Sequence record: SRR22947725_4321
Strand: one strand, 5' to 3'
DNA length: 41,541 nucleotides
Below the pieces are notes generated by a model, which did not search any database, was not told where the DNA came from, and saw only the letters and a list, made by a program, of their open reading frames with translations. Shown piece by piece: positions 17,196 through 26,604 of this stretch. The stretch's first letter is position 1; each line of letters opens with the position of its first letter. A program made the position numbers and the translations under genes.

Positions 17196-19640
17196 ATGAA
17201 GCGCACTCTTGCTCTCCCGCTGACGGCCTTCGCATTGCTCGCGGCGTCGTGCACCAGTTCCGGTTCGACGACCAGCGAATCCGACAGCTCTGATCCTGGT
17301 ACGACCGAACCGTTCACGACCGAACCAGATATCACTGCGCCCGACACGACCGGCGCCGTCCCGGATCCAGGCGATGATGCATCGACCGGCCCGGTCGGCT
17401 TCGCGCCGGCGTCGCTGCAGCAGTTCGACAACTGTTCGGCATTCCTCGGCTACGTGCACACCGAAGGCGTGCAGCGAGTTGGCCCCTACGGCTTCGAGGG
17501 TGGCGGCTACGTCGGCTTCCCCGAGGTGTTCGCCGCCGAGGAGAGCGTCGACGTTGCCGCATCCGAACCCAGCGAAGGTCGCGCCACCGACGCTCCGGTC
17601 GGCAGCGACGCTCAAGCCGACGCTGAGGGTGAGGCCGGCGACGACGGCGGTTTCTCGACCACGAACGTTCAGGTCGAAGGTGTCGACGAGCCGGACATCG
17701 TCAAGACGGACGGTGACCGCATCCTGGCGATCACGGGTGAGACGCTCCATTACATCGACGTGTCCGAAGACGGCACCACGGGAATCAAGCGCGGATCGAT
17801 CGTGCTGGGTTCCGAGACGCAATACGCCTACGGCTACGAGATTTTCATCACGGACGACCGTGCCGTCGTGTTTGCTTCGAGCGAGGTCTGGAATGACTTC
17901 GGGCGGGGCGGTCCGACACCAGTCTTCAGCGACGACGTTGCGATCGCCGAATCCGAAGAGGCCGTCGAGGAGGCACTACCAGTCGAGCCCGATGCGCCGA
18001 TCGGCGGACCCATTGTGCCCGGCTCGTACTTTGGACCGCAGACCCTGATCATTGAGATCGATCTCTCGAATCCAGATGCCCTGACGGTCGCGAACACGAT
18101 GCTGATCGACGGTCGGTACATCAGTGCCCGCTCGATTGGCGAGACCGCCCGAGTCGTCGTCACGTCGCCGCCGCAGGATCTCGGATTTCTCTATCCGTCG
18201 AGTCCAGGCACCGAAGACAAGGCCGAAGAGGCCAATCGGCAGGTGATCCTTGAGTCGACCGCAGATGACTGGATTCCTGGCTACGTCGTGACCGACGCAG
18301 CAGGTGACACCGAGTCAGGCCAGCTCGTCGATTGCGCAAACATCCACGCTCCCGCCGATTTCGGTGGTTTCGACATGCTGTCGATCGTCACGCTCGACCT
18401 GGCCAGCAGTCTCGATGCACCGACTGGCACGAGCTCGGTCATGGCGTCAGGCGACACGGTGTACGCGTCGGCGGACCGGATGTACATCACCACCAACATC
18501 TGGGAACCAATCGTCAACGAGCAGACCAACGAATGGCTCGACGAGAACTATCAAACCGCAATCCATCGTTTCTCGATCGCCGGCGATGGCCCGGCTGACT
18601 ACGAAGCATCTGGCTCGGTCGACGGCCACCTCCTCAATCAATTCTCGATGAACGACCGCGACGGTGTGTTCTACGTGGCGACGACGAGTGGGGCGCCGTG
18701 GAGAGGCGATGGCTCCGAGAGCCAGATTGTGGCGATGGAAGCCGAGGGAGACCAACTGGTCAAGATCGGCGCAGTCGGTGGACTCGGCAAAGGTGAACGG
18801 ATCTTCTCGGTCCGATACGTCGGCGAGACCGCCTACGTCGTCACGTTCCGCCAGATCGACCCTTTCTACGTGATTGACCTCAGCGACCCACGCAACATGA
18901 CCGTGGAAGGCGAGCTCAAGATTCCCGGCTACTCGTCGTACCTCCACCCGATCAGCGACACCCTCGTGCTCGGAGTCGGACAGGATGCGACCGACGAAGG
19001 GCGCACGACCGGGACGAAGGTCTCGCTGTTCGACGTGAGCGATCCCGCGAATCCGCTCGAGGTTGATGTGTGGACGATGCCCGACTCCTTCAGCGATGCC
19101 GAGTTCGATCACCGTGCGTTCCTCTGGTGGGCACCGACCAACACGGCGGTCTTGCCGCTGCAGTCGTTCAACGATCGATTCTCCGGAGCGGTGGTCCTCA
19201 AGGTCGAGAACAACACGATCACCGAGCAGGGCCGGATCCAGCACACCGATGAAGAAGTCGGCGCGATTGGGCAAACCGACTGCCGGGTGCTCACTTCCGA
19301 CGAGATCGGCACCGACGAGAACAACGAGTTCTTCTGGGTGCAGGAGAGCGGTGGCCAGGTGCAAGGGTGCGAGCCGGACGACCAGGGGGGCGCCGCAGGG
19401 CTGTTCTGCAACCCGATCCCGCTCGACGAGATCGACTTCTACTACTGGGATGGCGATGCCACGATCGACACCACGGGTCTCGACCGCATCGAGATCTGCT
19501 ACCCGGACTGGAACGGTTTCCAAACTGCTGTGCAGCGCACGATGGTGATCGACAACAGCCTGTGGACGCTGTCAACGAGCCGAGTGCAGTCCAATGACCT
19601 CGGCACCCTTGACCGGACCGAAGCCATCGACCTGACCTGA
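17196..19640 (+). CDS. secreted beta-propeller domain lipoprotein
   Basis: Lipobox LAASC; FSTTNVQVEGVDEPDIVKTDG, GHLLNQFSM, GLGKGERIFSVRY, VVTFRQIDPFYVIDL, GELKIPGYSSYLHP. Confidence 0.9.
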   Translation: MKRTLALPLTAFALLAASCTSSGSTTSESDSSDPGTTEPFTTEPDITAPDTTGAVPDPGDDASTGPVGFAPASLQQFDNCSAFLGYVHTEGVQRVGPYGFEGGGYVGFPEVFAAEESVDVAASEPSEGRATDAPVGSDAQADAEGEAGDDGGFSTTNVQVEGVDEPDIVKTDGDRILAITGETLHYIDVSEDGTTGIKRGSIVLGSETQYAYGYEIFITDDRAVVFASSEVWNDFGRGGPTPVFSDDVAIAESEEAVEEALPVEPDAPIGGPIVPGSYFGPQTLIIEIDLSNPDALTVANTMLIDGRYISARSIGETARVVVTSPPQDLGFLYPSSPGTEDKAEEANRQVILESTADDWIPGYVVTDAAGDTESGQLVDCANIHAPADFGGFDMLSIVTLDLASSLDAPTGTSSVMASGDTVYASADRMYITTNIWEPIVNEQTNEWLDENYQTAIHRFSIAGDGPADYEASGSVDGHLLNQFSMNDRDGVFYVATTSGAPWRGDGSESQIVAMEAEGDQLVKIGAVGGLGKGERIFSVRYVGETAYVVTFRQIDPFYVIDLSDPRNMTVEGELKIPGYSSYLHPISDTLVLGVGQDATDEGRTTGTKVSLFDVSDPANPLEVDVWTMPDSFSDAEFDHRAFLWWAPTNTAVLPLQSFNDRFSGAVVLKVENNTITEQGRIQHTDEEVGAIGQTDCRVLTSDEIGTDENNEFFWVQESGGQVQGCEPDDQGGAAGLFCNPIPLDEIDFYYWDGDATIDTTGLDRIEICYPDWNGFQTAVQRTMVIDNSLWTLSTSRVQSNDLGTLDRTEAIDLT

Positions 19641-19649
19641 CCTGGACTC

Positions 19650-19671
19650 AATGTTAGGCAACCTAAACATT
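19650..19671. promoter_or_regulatory. palindromic operator candidate (DtxR/IdeR-family-like)
   Basis: AATG-TTAGG-CAA-CCTAA-ACATT. AT-rich inverted repeat over the -35 region of the next gene. Confidence 0.5.
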
Positions 19672-19690
19672 CGCGGTTAGTGTTGCTGAG

Positions 19691-22174
19691 GTGGAGGTCT
19701 TGCCGGGTCAACGACTTGCGGGTTTCTTGGACCTCGAGGCAATGCGCCGGCGAGGGAATCGGGCCGCACTCATTGCCGGCGACGCCGTTGTCTCTTACGT
19801 CGAACTGGTCACTCGTGTCGAGCAGCGCAGAGACGAACTCGGCCCAGATCGCCGATTGATCACGCTTCGTGCGACTAATTCGATCGACACCATCGTCACC
19901 TACTTGGCCTGCCTGAGCGGTGGACACGTCGCTTCGATTCGAAGCTCGGCAGAGCGTGACCCGTTCGCCGAGGCCGCGAGCAGTGATCTCCACCCAGACC
20001 TCGCGGTGCTGATGAGCACGTCTGGATCAACCGGCTCGGCCAAGGCGGTGCGGCTCTCGGCCGGCAATGTCGAGTCCAACGCTGTCGCGATCGCCGACGC
20101 ACTCGGGTTGCGCTTCGACGATGTCGCGATCACCTCACTGCCACTGCACTATTGCTACGGGCTCTCGATTGTCACCTCCCACCTAGCCGTGGGCGCCGCG
20201 GTCGTCGTGACCGACACGTCAGTGGTCGACACCTGCTTTTGGAACCTTGTCGATCGTTGGGGCGTCACCACGCTGTCGGGTGTGCCCCACAGCTTCGATC
20301 TCATCGAGCGGGTCAGCGGCGATCCACTCTCGGCGCCGTCGCTTCGTCGCGTCACCCAGGCCGGCGGTCGACTGGCGCCTGCGAAAGTTCAGCGGCTGAG
20401 TCGCCTCGGTCGTCGTCATGGCTGGGATTTCGTCGTGATGTATGGCCAGACCGAAGCAACTGCACGCATGGCGACGCTCGAGCCACAACTGGTCGCCGGT
20501 CATCCGTGCTCGATTGGCCGGCCGATCCCTGGGGGAGCGTTCCGTCTGACGCCGATGTCTCCGAGCGATCTCCCGGTTGAACTGGGAACTGATGCGGCGA
20601 CTGGCACCGTCGGGGAGATTGTGTACAGCGGTCCCAATGTGATGCTGGGCTACGCGACCTGCGTGGAGGATCTGCGGCGCGGTCGGGACATCGATGAGCT
20701 GCACACCGGCGACATCGGTCGCCGCCTGCCGAACGGGCTTTACGAAATTGTCGGCCGGCGATCACGATTCGTGAAGATTCTCGGCCACCGCATCGACCTC
20801 GAAGCACTCGAAGCAGACCTCAGTTGCGCCGACGTCGATGTTGCCGCAGCGGGCACCGACGATCGATTGGTCATCGTTGCTGTCGGTCGGGCCGCCGCAG
20901 TGCGGCAGCGACTTGATGCGCTGCCCGTACCCGCGTCGACGGTGCACGTCATCGAGGTCGAAGAGATTCCGCGGCTCTCCAACGGCAAGATTGATACTGC
21001 AGCGATCCTGGAACTCGTCGACGAGCCGGCGACCCCGTACGACGAACCGTGTCAGACAGAGACTCCGACGGAGGTATTTCGCAACGTGCTCGGTGTCGAC
21101 ATCGTTCGCCCGAACAGCACCTTTGCCTCGTTGGGGGGCGACTCACTGTCCTACGTCGAGGCCTCCCTTCGGCTCGAACGCGTCCTCGGCGATCTTCCCG
21201 ACGGATGGCACGTGTGCCCCGTTGCCGAACTCGATGCATACGTGCCCCAACGTCGGCGCCGGTTCACCACCCGAATTGACACCAGCGTCGTCGTACGCGC
21301 CATCGGTATCTGCATCATCGTGGCGACGCACATGCGTGTCGCTCGCCTTGCCGGCGGTGCGCACGCGCTCCTCGCGGTCGCCGGCTACAACTTCGCCCGG
21401 TTCCAACTCGCCGGGGCCGGAGCGTCGGGCGCTGTTCGCCGAGGGCTCGCCACGGTTGGACGTGTTGCTGTTCCCACCTTGATGTGGATCGGCCTGCAGA
21501 TGCTGCTCGTCGGCGGATACAGCGCCGGATCACTGTTCCTCGTGAACAACTACTTCGGCTCGGCGTGGCGACGCGACGGCCGCTGGGAGTACTGGTACTT
21601 CGAAGCATTTGTCCAGGTTTTCCTGGTCCTCACACTGCTGTTCTCGATCGGTCTACTTCGCCGCCTCGAACGTCGGAAGCCGTTCGCGTTCGCATTCGTC
21701 GCGTTGCTCGGGGCGACCGCGGTCGGGCTGCAGCTGGTGGAATTCGGTGCCTCGTACAACAACATCTTCCGACCGCACACCACGGTGTGGTTCGTGCTGC
21801 TCGGGTGGGCCGGCCACGTTGCGGTCACGAACCGTCAGCGACTGCTGGTCACCGCCGTGCTCGTCGGCGGGACAGCGCTCTACTTCGATCGGTGGCAACA
21901 GGCGCTCATGGTCACCGTGTTGGTCGGAGCACTGTTGTGGCTGCCAGCCGTGCGAGTGCCACGACTGGCGGCACCCGTGTTCGGTGTTGTTGCCGCTGCG
22001 TCGATGGTGACATTCCTGATCCACTGGCAGGTCTGGCCGATCTACACGAACGTCTTCGTCCGCGAGGCAGCGTTCCTCCTCACGCTGGCAACTGGAGTTG
22101 CGGTGTGGGCGATCGGACGACGCGTTATGCAGACCGGTGTGGTGCACGCTGTGAGTCGACGCATTCTTCGTTGA
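19691..22174 (+). CDS. NRPS-like protein: adenylation domain + carrier protein + membrane acyltransferase-like domain
   Basis: STSGSTG..K, YGQTE, LHTGD, GRRSRFVK, PRLSNGKID; PPant site LGGDSL; then RAIGICIIVATH, LLAVAGYNFARF, YWYFE and multiple TM segments. Confidence 0.85.
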   Translation: MEVLPGQRLAGFLDLEAMRRRGNRAALIAGDAVVSYVELVTRVEQRRDELGPDRRLITLRATNSIDTIVTYLACLSGGHVASIRSSAERDPFAEAASSDLHPDLAVLMSTSGSTGSAKAVRLSAGNVESNAVAIADALGLRFDDVAITSLPLHYCYGLSIVTSHLAVGAAVVVTDTSVVDTCFWNLVDRWGVTTLSGVPHSFDLIERVSGDPLSAPSLRRVTQAGGRLAPAKVQRLSRLGRRHGWDFVVMYGQTEATARMATLEPQLVAGHPCSIGRPIPGGAFRLTPMSPSDLPVELGTDAATGTVGEIVYSGPNVMLGYATCVEDLRRGRDIDELHTGDIGRRLPNGLYEIVGRRSRFVKILGHRIDLEALEADLSCADVDVAAAGTDDRLVIVAVGRAAAVRQRLDALPVPASTVHVIEVEEIPRLSNGKIDTAAILELVDEPATPYDEPCQTETPTEVFRNVLGVDIVRPNSTFASLGGDSLSYVEASLRLERVLGDLPDGWHVCPVAELDAYVPQRRRRFTTRIDTSVVVRAIGICIIVATHMRVARLAGGAHALLAVAGYNFARFQLAGAGASGAVRRGLATVGRVAVPTLMWIGLQMLLVGGYSAGSLFLVNNYFGSAWRRDGRWEYWYFEAFVQVFLVLTLLFSIGLLRRLERRKPFAFAFVALLGATAVGLQLVEFGASYNNIFRPHTTVWFVLLGWAGHVAVTNRQRLLVTAVLVGGTALYFDRWQQALMVTVLVGALLWLPAVRVPRLAAPVFGVVAAASMVTFLIHWQVWPIYTNVFVREAAFLLTLATGVAVWAIGRRVMQTGVVHAVSRRILR

Positions 22175-22221
22175 CCGGCCTGAGTCGAAGGGTCGTCGCG
22201 GGGCCTGACAACATGTGGGGT

Positions 22222-23775
22222 ATGACATCGACACCGGCGTATGACTGGGTTGCCCACCACGCGATGGTCAGCCCAAATCGAGCGGCTTGGGCCGACATCG
22301 ACCCGCTCAGCGGATCGCCGGGTGTCGCGTCGACGTGGCGCGAGGCGCACGATCGGGTCGGGCGCGCAGCAGCAATGTTGCGCGACGACTTCGGCGTCGG
22401 ACGAGGCGATCGTGTGGCGGTGTATTCGCAGAATCGAGTCGAGTTCATCGAGGTGCAGTTCGCCTGTGCCCGGCTTGGCGCGGTGTTCGTCCCGCTCAAC
22501 TGGCGCCTCACGATTCACGAGCTTGATTACATCGTGAGTGATGCCAGCCCCACCGTGCTGGTCGCGGATCCGGAGCTCGGTGACATGGCAGCGGAGCTTG
22601 TGGAGCGCACCAACACGCCGCACCTGATCGTCTTCAGTGGCGACGGAGCGCACCCTGACCGCAGCGCGAACTATGACGACGGGCTTGCCGCTGTGGACAC
22701 GACCACTCTGCCGGTGATGCCCGAGCTGACCCATGACGATCCCCTGACGATCATGTATACCTCGGGCACAACTGGCCGACCGAAGGGCGCGGTTATCACG
22801 CATGGCATGTCGTTCTGGAACTCGGTCAACCTGGCCGAACTCCACGACCTGTCCCGGTCGATGGTCAACTTCTGCTTCCTGCCGCTCTTCCACACCGGTG
22901 GGCTGAACTGCTACACGAACCCTGCGGCGTACTTCGGAGGTTCCACGATGGTGATGCGCACCTTCGACCCGGGCCGAGCCCTCGAACTGATCAGCGACCC
23001 CGAGCGGCGTATCACGCACTTCCTCGGTGTTCCCGCGAACTACTTGTTCATGGGCCAGCACCCTGACTTTGCATCGACTGACTTCTCGCGCTTGGTGTCA
23101 ACCGCGATTGGCGGCGCACCCGCCGCACTCCCACTGCTGAAGATGTGGGAATCGGTGGGCTGCCCATTGATCCAGGCGTTCGGGATGACCGAGACCAGCC
23201 CACTTGTGCTGTCGATCAGCAAGGAGATGGCCGTTGAGAAAGCGGGGAGTGCCGGTCTGCCCGCAATGAACACGGCCATCCGGATCGTTGGCGAGGATGG
23301 CGTCGATGTGGGCGTCGGCGAGATCGGCGAACTCTGGTGCAAGGGCCCGAACATCACGCCGGGCTACTGGAACAACCCCGAGGCGACCGCCGAGGCGATC
23401 ACCGACGGCTGGTTGCACACCGGTGACGCGGCACAGGCAGACGCAGACGGTTACGTGTCGATTGTGGACCGCTGGAAGGACATGTACATCTCCGGTGGCG
23501 AAAACGTCTATCCCTCAGAAGTCGAGTCGACGTTGTTCGACCTCGAAGGCATCGCAGACGTGGCGGTGATCGGTCTTCCCGACGACAAGTGGGGCGAGGT
23601 TGGTCAAGCCGTTGTCGTGAAGACCGACGGTGTAGAGATCGATGAGACGACGATTGTCAATTTCTGTCGTGAACGGCTGGCCACGTTCAAAGTTCCGCAC
23701 TCGGTCCGCTTTGTCGACGAACTCCCTCGCAATGCGACCGGCAAGATTCTCAAGCGCGAACTGCGCGACCAGTGA
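22222..23775 (+). CDS. acyl-CoA synthetase (FadD/MenE-like AMP-binding enzyme)
   Basis: YTSGTTGRPKG, FGMTET, WLHTGD, DRWKDMYISGGENVYP, LPRNATGKILK. True start ATG 22222. Confidence 0.93.
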   Translation: MTSTPAYDWVAHHAMVSPNRAAWADIDPLSGSPGVASTWREAHDRVGRAAAMLRDDFGVGRGDRVAVYSQNRVEFIEVQFACARLGAVFVPLNWRLTIHELDYIVSDASPTVLVADPELGDMAAELVERTNTPHLIVFSGDGAHPDRSANYDDGLAAVDTTTLPVMPELTHDDPLTIMYTSGTTGRPKGAVITHGMSFWNSVNLAELHDLSRSMVNFCFLPLFHTGGLNCYTNPAAYFGGSTMVMRTFDPGRALELISDPERRITHFLGVPANYLFMGQHPDFASTDFSRLVSTAIGGAPAALPLLKMWESVGCPLIQAFGMTETSPLVLSISKEMAVEKAGSAGLPAMNTAIRIVGEDGVDVGVGEIGELWCKGPNITPGYWNNPEATAEAITDGWLHTGDAAQADADGYVSIVDRWKDMYISGGENVYPSEVESTLFDLEGIADVAVIGLPDDKWGEVGQAVVVKTDGVEIDETTIVNFCRERLATFKVPHSVRFVDELPRNATGKILKRELRDQ

Positions 23776-23907
23776 CGGTGAGTGAGATGCGCCACGTAAG
23801 GACTCGAGCCGGCGCGGCTGGATCCGTTTGACGGGCGCGCCTCTGGGGCCTGTTACGTTCGCTGCGGGGCCGAGACCCACCCTGGGTCGGCCGCAGGAGG
23901 GACAGCC

Positions 23908-24807
23908 ATGGAACTCGGACCAGGCAAAGTTGCCGTCGTCACCGGAGCAGGAAGTGGCATCGGACTTGCGCTCGCCAACGCTTTCGCCGCCGCCGGTTGC
24001 TCGGTCGTTTTGGCCGACGTACAGGAAGATGCATTGGCCGCGGCGGCCACCGAAGTTGGCGCACACGGCGTCGAGACGCTGACCGTCGTCACCGACGTCA
24101 GCAAGGTCGAGCAGGTCGATGCGTTGGCTGCGGCAACCATGGAGCGCTTCGGTGCCGTGCACATCGTGTGCAACAACGCAGGCGTTGGCGGCGCAGGCGA
24201 CCCGTGGGTCGGTCCGATCGAAACTTGGGAGTGGGTGATCGGCGTCAACATGTGGGGCGTCATCTACGGCATCCGCGCCTTCCTCCCGCACATCGTCATG
24301 TCGGGCGGTGGTCACATCGTCAACACCGCGTCGATCGCCGGCCTGTACCCCGGTTTCTCGCCGCCGTACGATGCGAGCAAGCACGCCGTAGTTGCGATGA
24401 CCGAAGGGTTGTACACCTCCCTCCGAGCCGCGGAGATGCCTGTCGGAGTGAGCTGCCTGTGCCCTGGTTGGGTGAAGACCGGCATTGCTGAATCCGAACG
24501 CAACTGGCCCGCCGAGCTCGGTGCGTTGCCCGAACGCGACGCAGCCGCTCAGATCTCCCGCAACTACGTGCAGCGAGCCATTGATGAGGGCATGCCGCCC
24601 GCGGCTGTCGCAGACCTCGTGGTTGACGCCGTCGGCAACGACAGGTTCTGGGTCTTCCCACACGCAGACTTCTTGGACATTGCGATGGAGCGGTTCCACA
24701 CCGTCGGCGAGGGCCTGAACCCCGAGCCACCGGAGGAGTTTCCGGGCATGCCGCCGCGCTCGGAAATGATGGCCGAGATCATGGCTGCCATGCTCCCGCC
24801 GGAATAG
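23908..24807 (+). CDS. SDR-family NAD(P)-dependent oxidoreductase
   Basis: TGAGSGIG, NNAGV, NTAS, YDASK. AGGAGG RBS upstream. Confidence 0.95.
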   Translation: MELGPGKVAVVTGAGSGIGLALANAFAAAGCSVVLADVQEDALAAAATEVGAHGVETLTVVTDVSKVEQVDALAAATMERFGAVHIVCNNAGVGGAGDPWVGPIETWEWVIGVNMWGVIYGIRAFLPHIVMSGGGHIVNTASIAGLYPGFSPPYDASKHAVVAMTEGLYTSLRAAEMPVGVSCLCPGWVKTGIAESERNWPAELGALPERDAAAQISRNYVQRAIDEGMPPAAVADLVVDAVGNDRFWVFPHADFLDIAMERFHTVGEGLNPEPPEEFPGMPPRSEMMAEIMAAMLPPE

Positions 24808-24868
24808 ATCCATCACCTTTGGGTCTGACTCTCAGTGTGGGCTCTCTGATGGGCTCTGAGTGTGACAG

Positions 24869-25207
24869 TCAGCGCCACATGCTGGCCATGTCGATCACCG
24901 ACACGCTCAGGTGTTTGTGGCCGTAGCCCTTGCTGTCGAGCCAAGCGATTGCTCGCTGCATCGCTGCGGTCTCGACCCCGGGGTCTGTGGCGGTGTCGTC
25001 CGGGTCGCTCGGATCATCGGGAACGAAGCGCATCTCGTACCGCAGATTGAACGCAACCAACTGTGGTTCGTAGGTGAAGGTGCCTTCGGCCGTGAACGCT
25101 GAGTCGAAGTACGTGTGCCGGCCGGCATCCGCGGTCAGCGCTGCCCGAGTCGCGTCGTCGAGGTCGCTGAAGTGACCGCGCACGACGGCTCGATAGATCT
25201 TCGTCAT
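24869..25207 (-). CDS. DUF6204-like actinobacterial protein
   Basis: YRAVVRGHF..L....RAAL, AFTAEGTFTY, FNLRY, GYGH..L.V...DM. TACGAT -10 hexamer upstream. Confidence 0.7.
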   Translation of the reverse strand: MTKIYRAVVRGHFSDLDDATRAALTADAGRHTYFDSAFTAEGTFTYEPQLVAFNLRYEMRFVPDDPSDPDDTATDPGVETAAMQRAIAWLDSKGYGHKHLSVSVIDMASMWR

Positions 25208-25275
25208 GTGAGCCGATCGTAGAGCGCGGTCGTGTCGACAGCGGCGGAGGTTGTCACGCGTGCCAGAGTTCACCA

Positions 25276-26460
25276 ATGACCTACACCTTGTACGGCGCCC
25301 CAGTCTCGCTCTACACCGGCAAGGCCCGGTCCTATCTACGGACCCAGGGCATTGACTTCGTCGAGATGTCGCCAGGCAGTGATCGGTATCTCAACCACAT
25401 CGTGCCGACCGTTGGCCGCTGGATCATCCCGTGCCTCGAGACTCCGGACGGCACCATCATCCAGGACGGTGCTGACATCATTGACCACTTCGACCTCGGT
25501 GATGGCAGTCCACTTCGCCGCTCGTCGGTCCGGCCCGAGTCTCCGACATTGCTCGCGATCTCGCACCTGTTCGAGATCTTCGGCGGCGAGGGGCTGCTCC
25601 GACCGGCGATGCATTACCGGTGGAATTTCGACGAACAGAACCTCGACTTCATCATGTCGGAGTTCGCGCTCAACATGCCTCAGTCGCTGACAGAGGAACA
25701 AGCCCAGGACATGTTCCGCAAGAGCAGTGGCCGGATGCGCAAGGCCGCAGTGGCATTCGGGGTGTCGGCAGCGTCGCAGCCGCTCATCGAGACAGCCTTC
25801 GAGGAGTGGCTCGACCTCTTCTCGGCACATCTCGTCGAGCATTCCTATCTCCTTGGCGGGCGCCCCACGCTCGGTGACTACGGGTTGATCGCTGCGATGT
25901 GGGCGCACCTGTTCCGGGATCCCGCGCCGACGATGCTCATCAAGCAGCGGGCGCCGCGTGTCGGGCGATGGGTGGAGCGGATGACATCGAACGAGCCGTA
26001 TCTGCACGAGTACGGAGGGACGGTCGACCCGGAACTTGTCGATGACTCCTGCCTCCCCGAGACGTTGGTGGCGATGATGCGATTCGTCGCCGAGGAGTAC
26101 CTGCCCGAAATTGCGGCACACGTGACGGTCGCCAACGACTGGTTGGCCGAGCACCCCGAGATCGAAGCGGGAACGAATGGTCTGGACAATCCGGCCAATC
26201 GCAGCCTCACCGGCGGCCGCGAGGGCGATGGGAATGCCACCTTCGAGTGGCGCGGCATGCAGATCACGACGGGCGTTCTGCCGTATCGGTTCTGGTTGCT
26301 GCAACGGCTGCACGACGACCTCGCGGCAACGGACGCGGCGCAGCAACAACGAGCCCGCGAGGTGTTCCGCGCTGGTGGGGTCGAACAGATCCTCGACCTG
26401 CGCACCATTCGGCGAGTCGAGCGTTCTCACCACCTCGAAGTGTGGGGTCCACTCGTCTGA
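25276..26460 (+). CDS. glutathione S-transferase-family protein
   Basis: LYGAPVSLYTGKARSYL, IIP, IQDG..IID, AMHYRW, YLLGGRPTLGDYGL, AHLFRDP. Confidence 0.85.
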   Translation: MTYTLYGAPVSLYTGKARSYLRTQGIDFVEMSPGSDRYLNHIVPTVGRWIIPCLETPDGTIIQDGADIIDHFDLGDGSPLRRSSVRPESPTLLAISHLFEIFGGEGLLRPAMHYRWNFDEQNLDFIMSEFALNMPQSLTEEQAQDMFRKSSGRMRKAAVAFGVSAASQPLIETAFEEWLDLFSAHLVEHSYLLGGRPTLGDYGLIAAMWAHLFRDPAPTMLIKQRAPRVGRWVERMTSNEPYLHEYGGTVDPELVDDSCLPETLVAMMRFVAEEYLPEIAAHVTVANDWLAEHPEIEAGTNGLDNPANRSLTGGREGDGNATFEWRGMQITTGVLPYRFWLLQRLHDDLAATDAAQQQRAREVFRAGGVEQILDLRTIRRVERSHHLEVWGPLV

Positions 26461-26604
26461 TCCCCGCTGGAAGCTGTGATCGACGCGGCCACCCAGCTCA
26501 GGCAGCGTGTGGGTCAACAAGCATGGGGTCATGCACCGGCACGATCGGAGCCGATTCGTTCTGCTTTGTCTGACCGGTCGTCGAGCGACCAACATCCGCG
26601 CCGG

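Noticed and set aside
21484-22221. 246-aa N-terminal extension of the acyl-CoA ligase
   Set aside because: It overlaps the NRPS-like gene in another frame and is Arg-rich shadow sequence. The ligase starts at 22222.
24818-24868. Short TGGGCTCT and AGTGTG repeats between convergent genes
   Set aside because: Too short and irregular to support a defined element.
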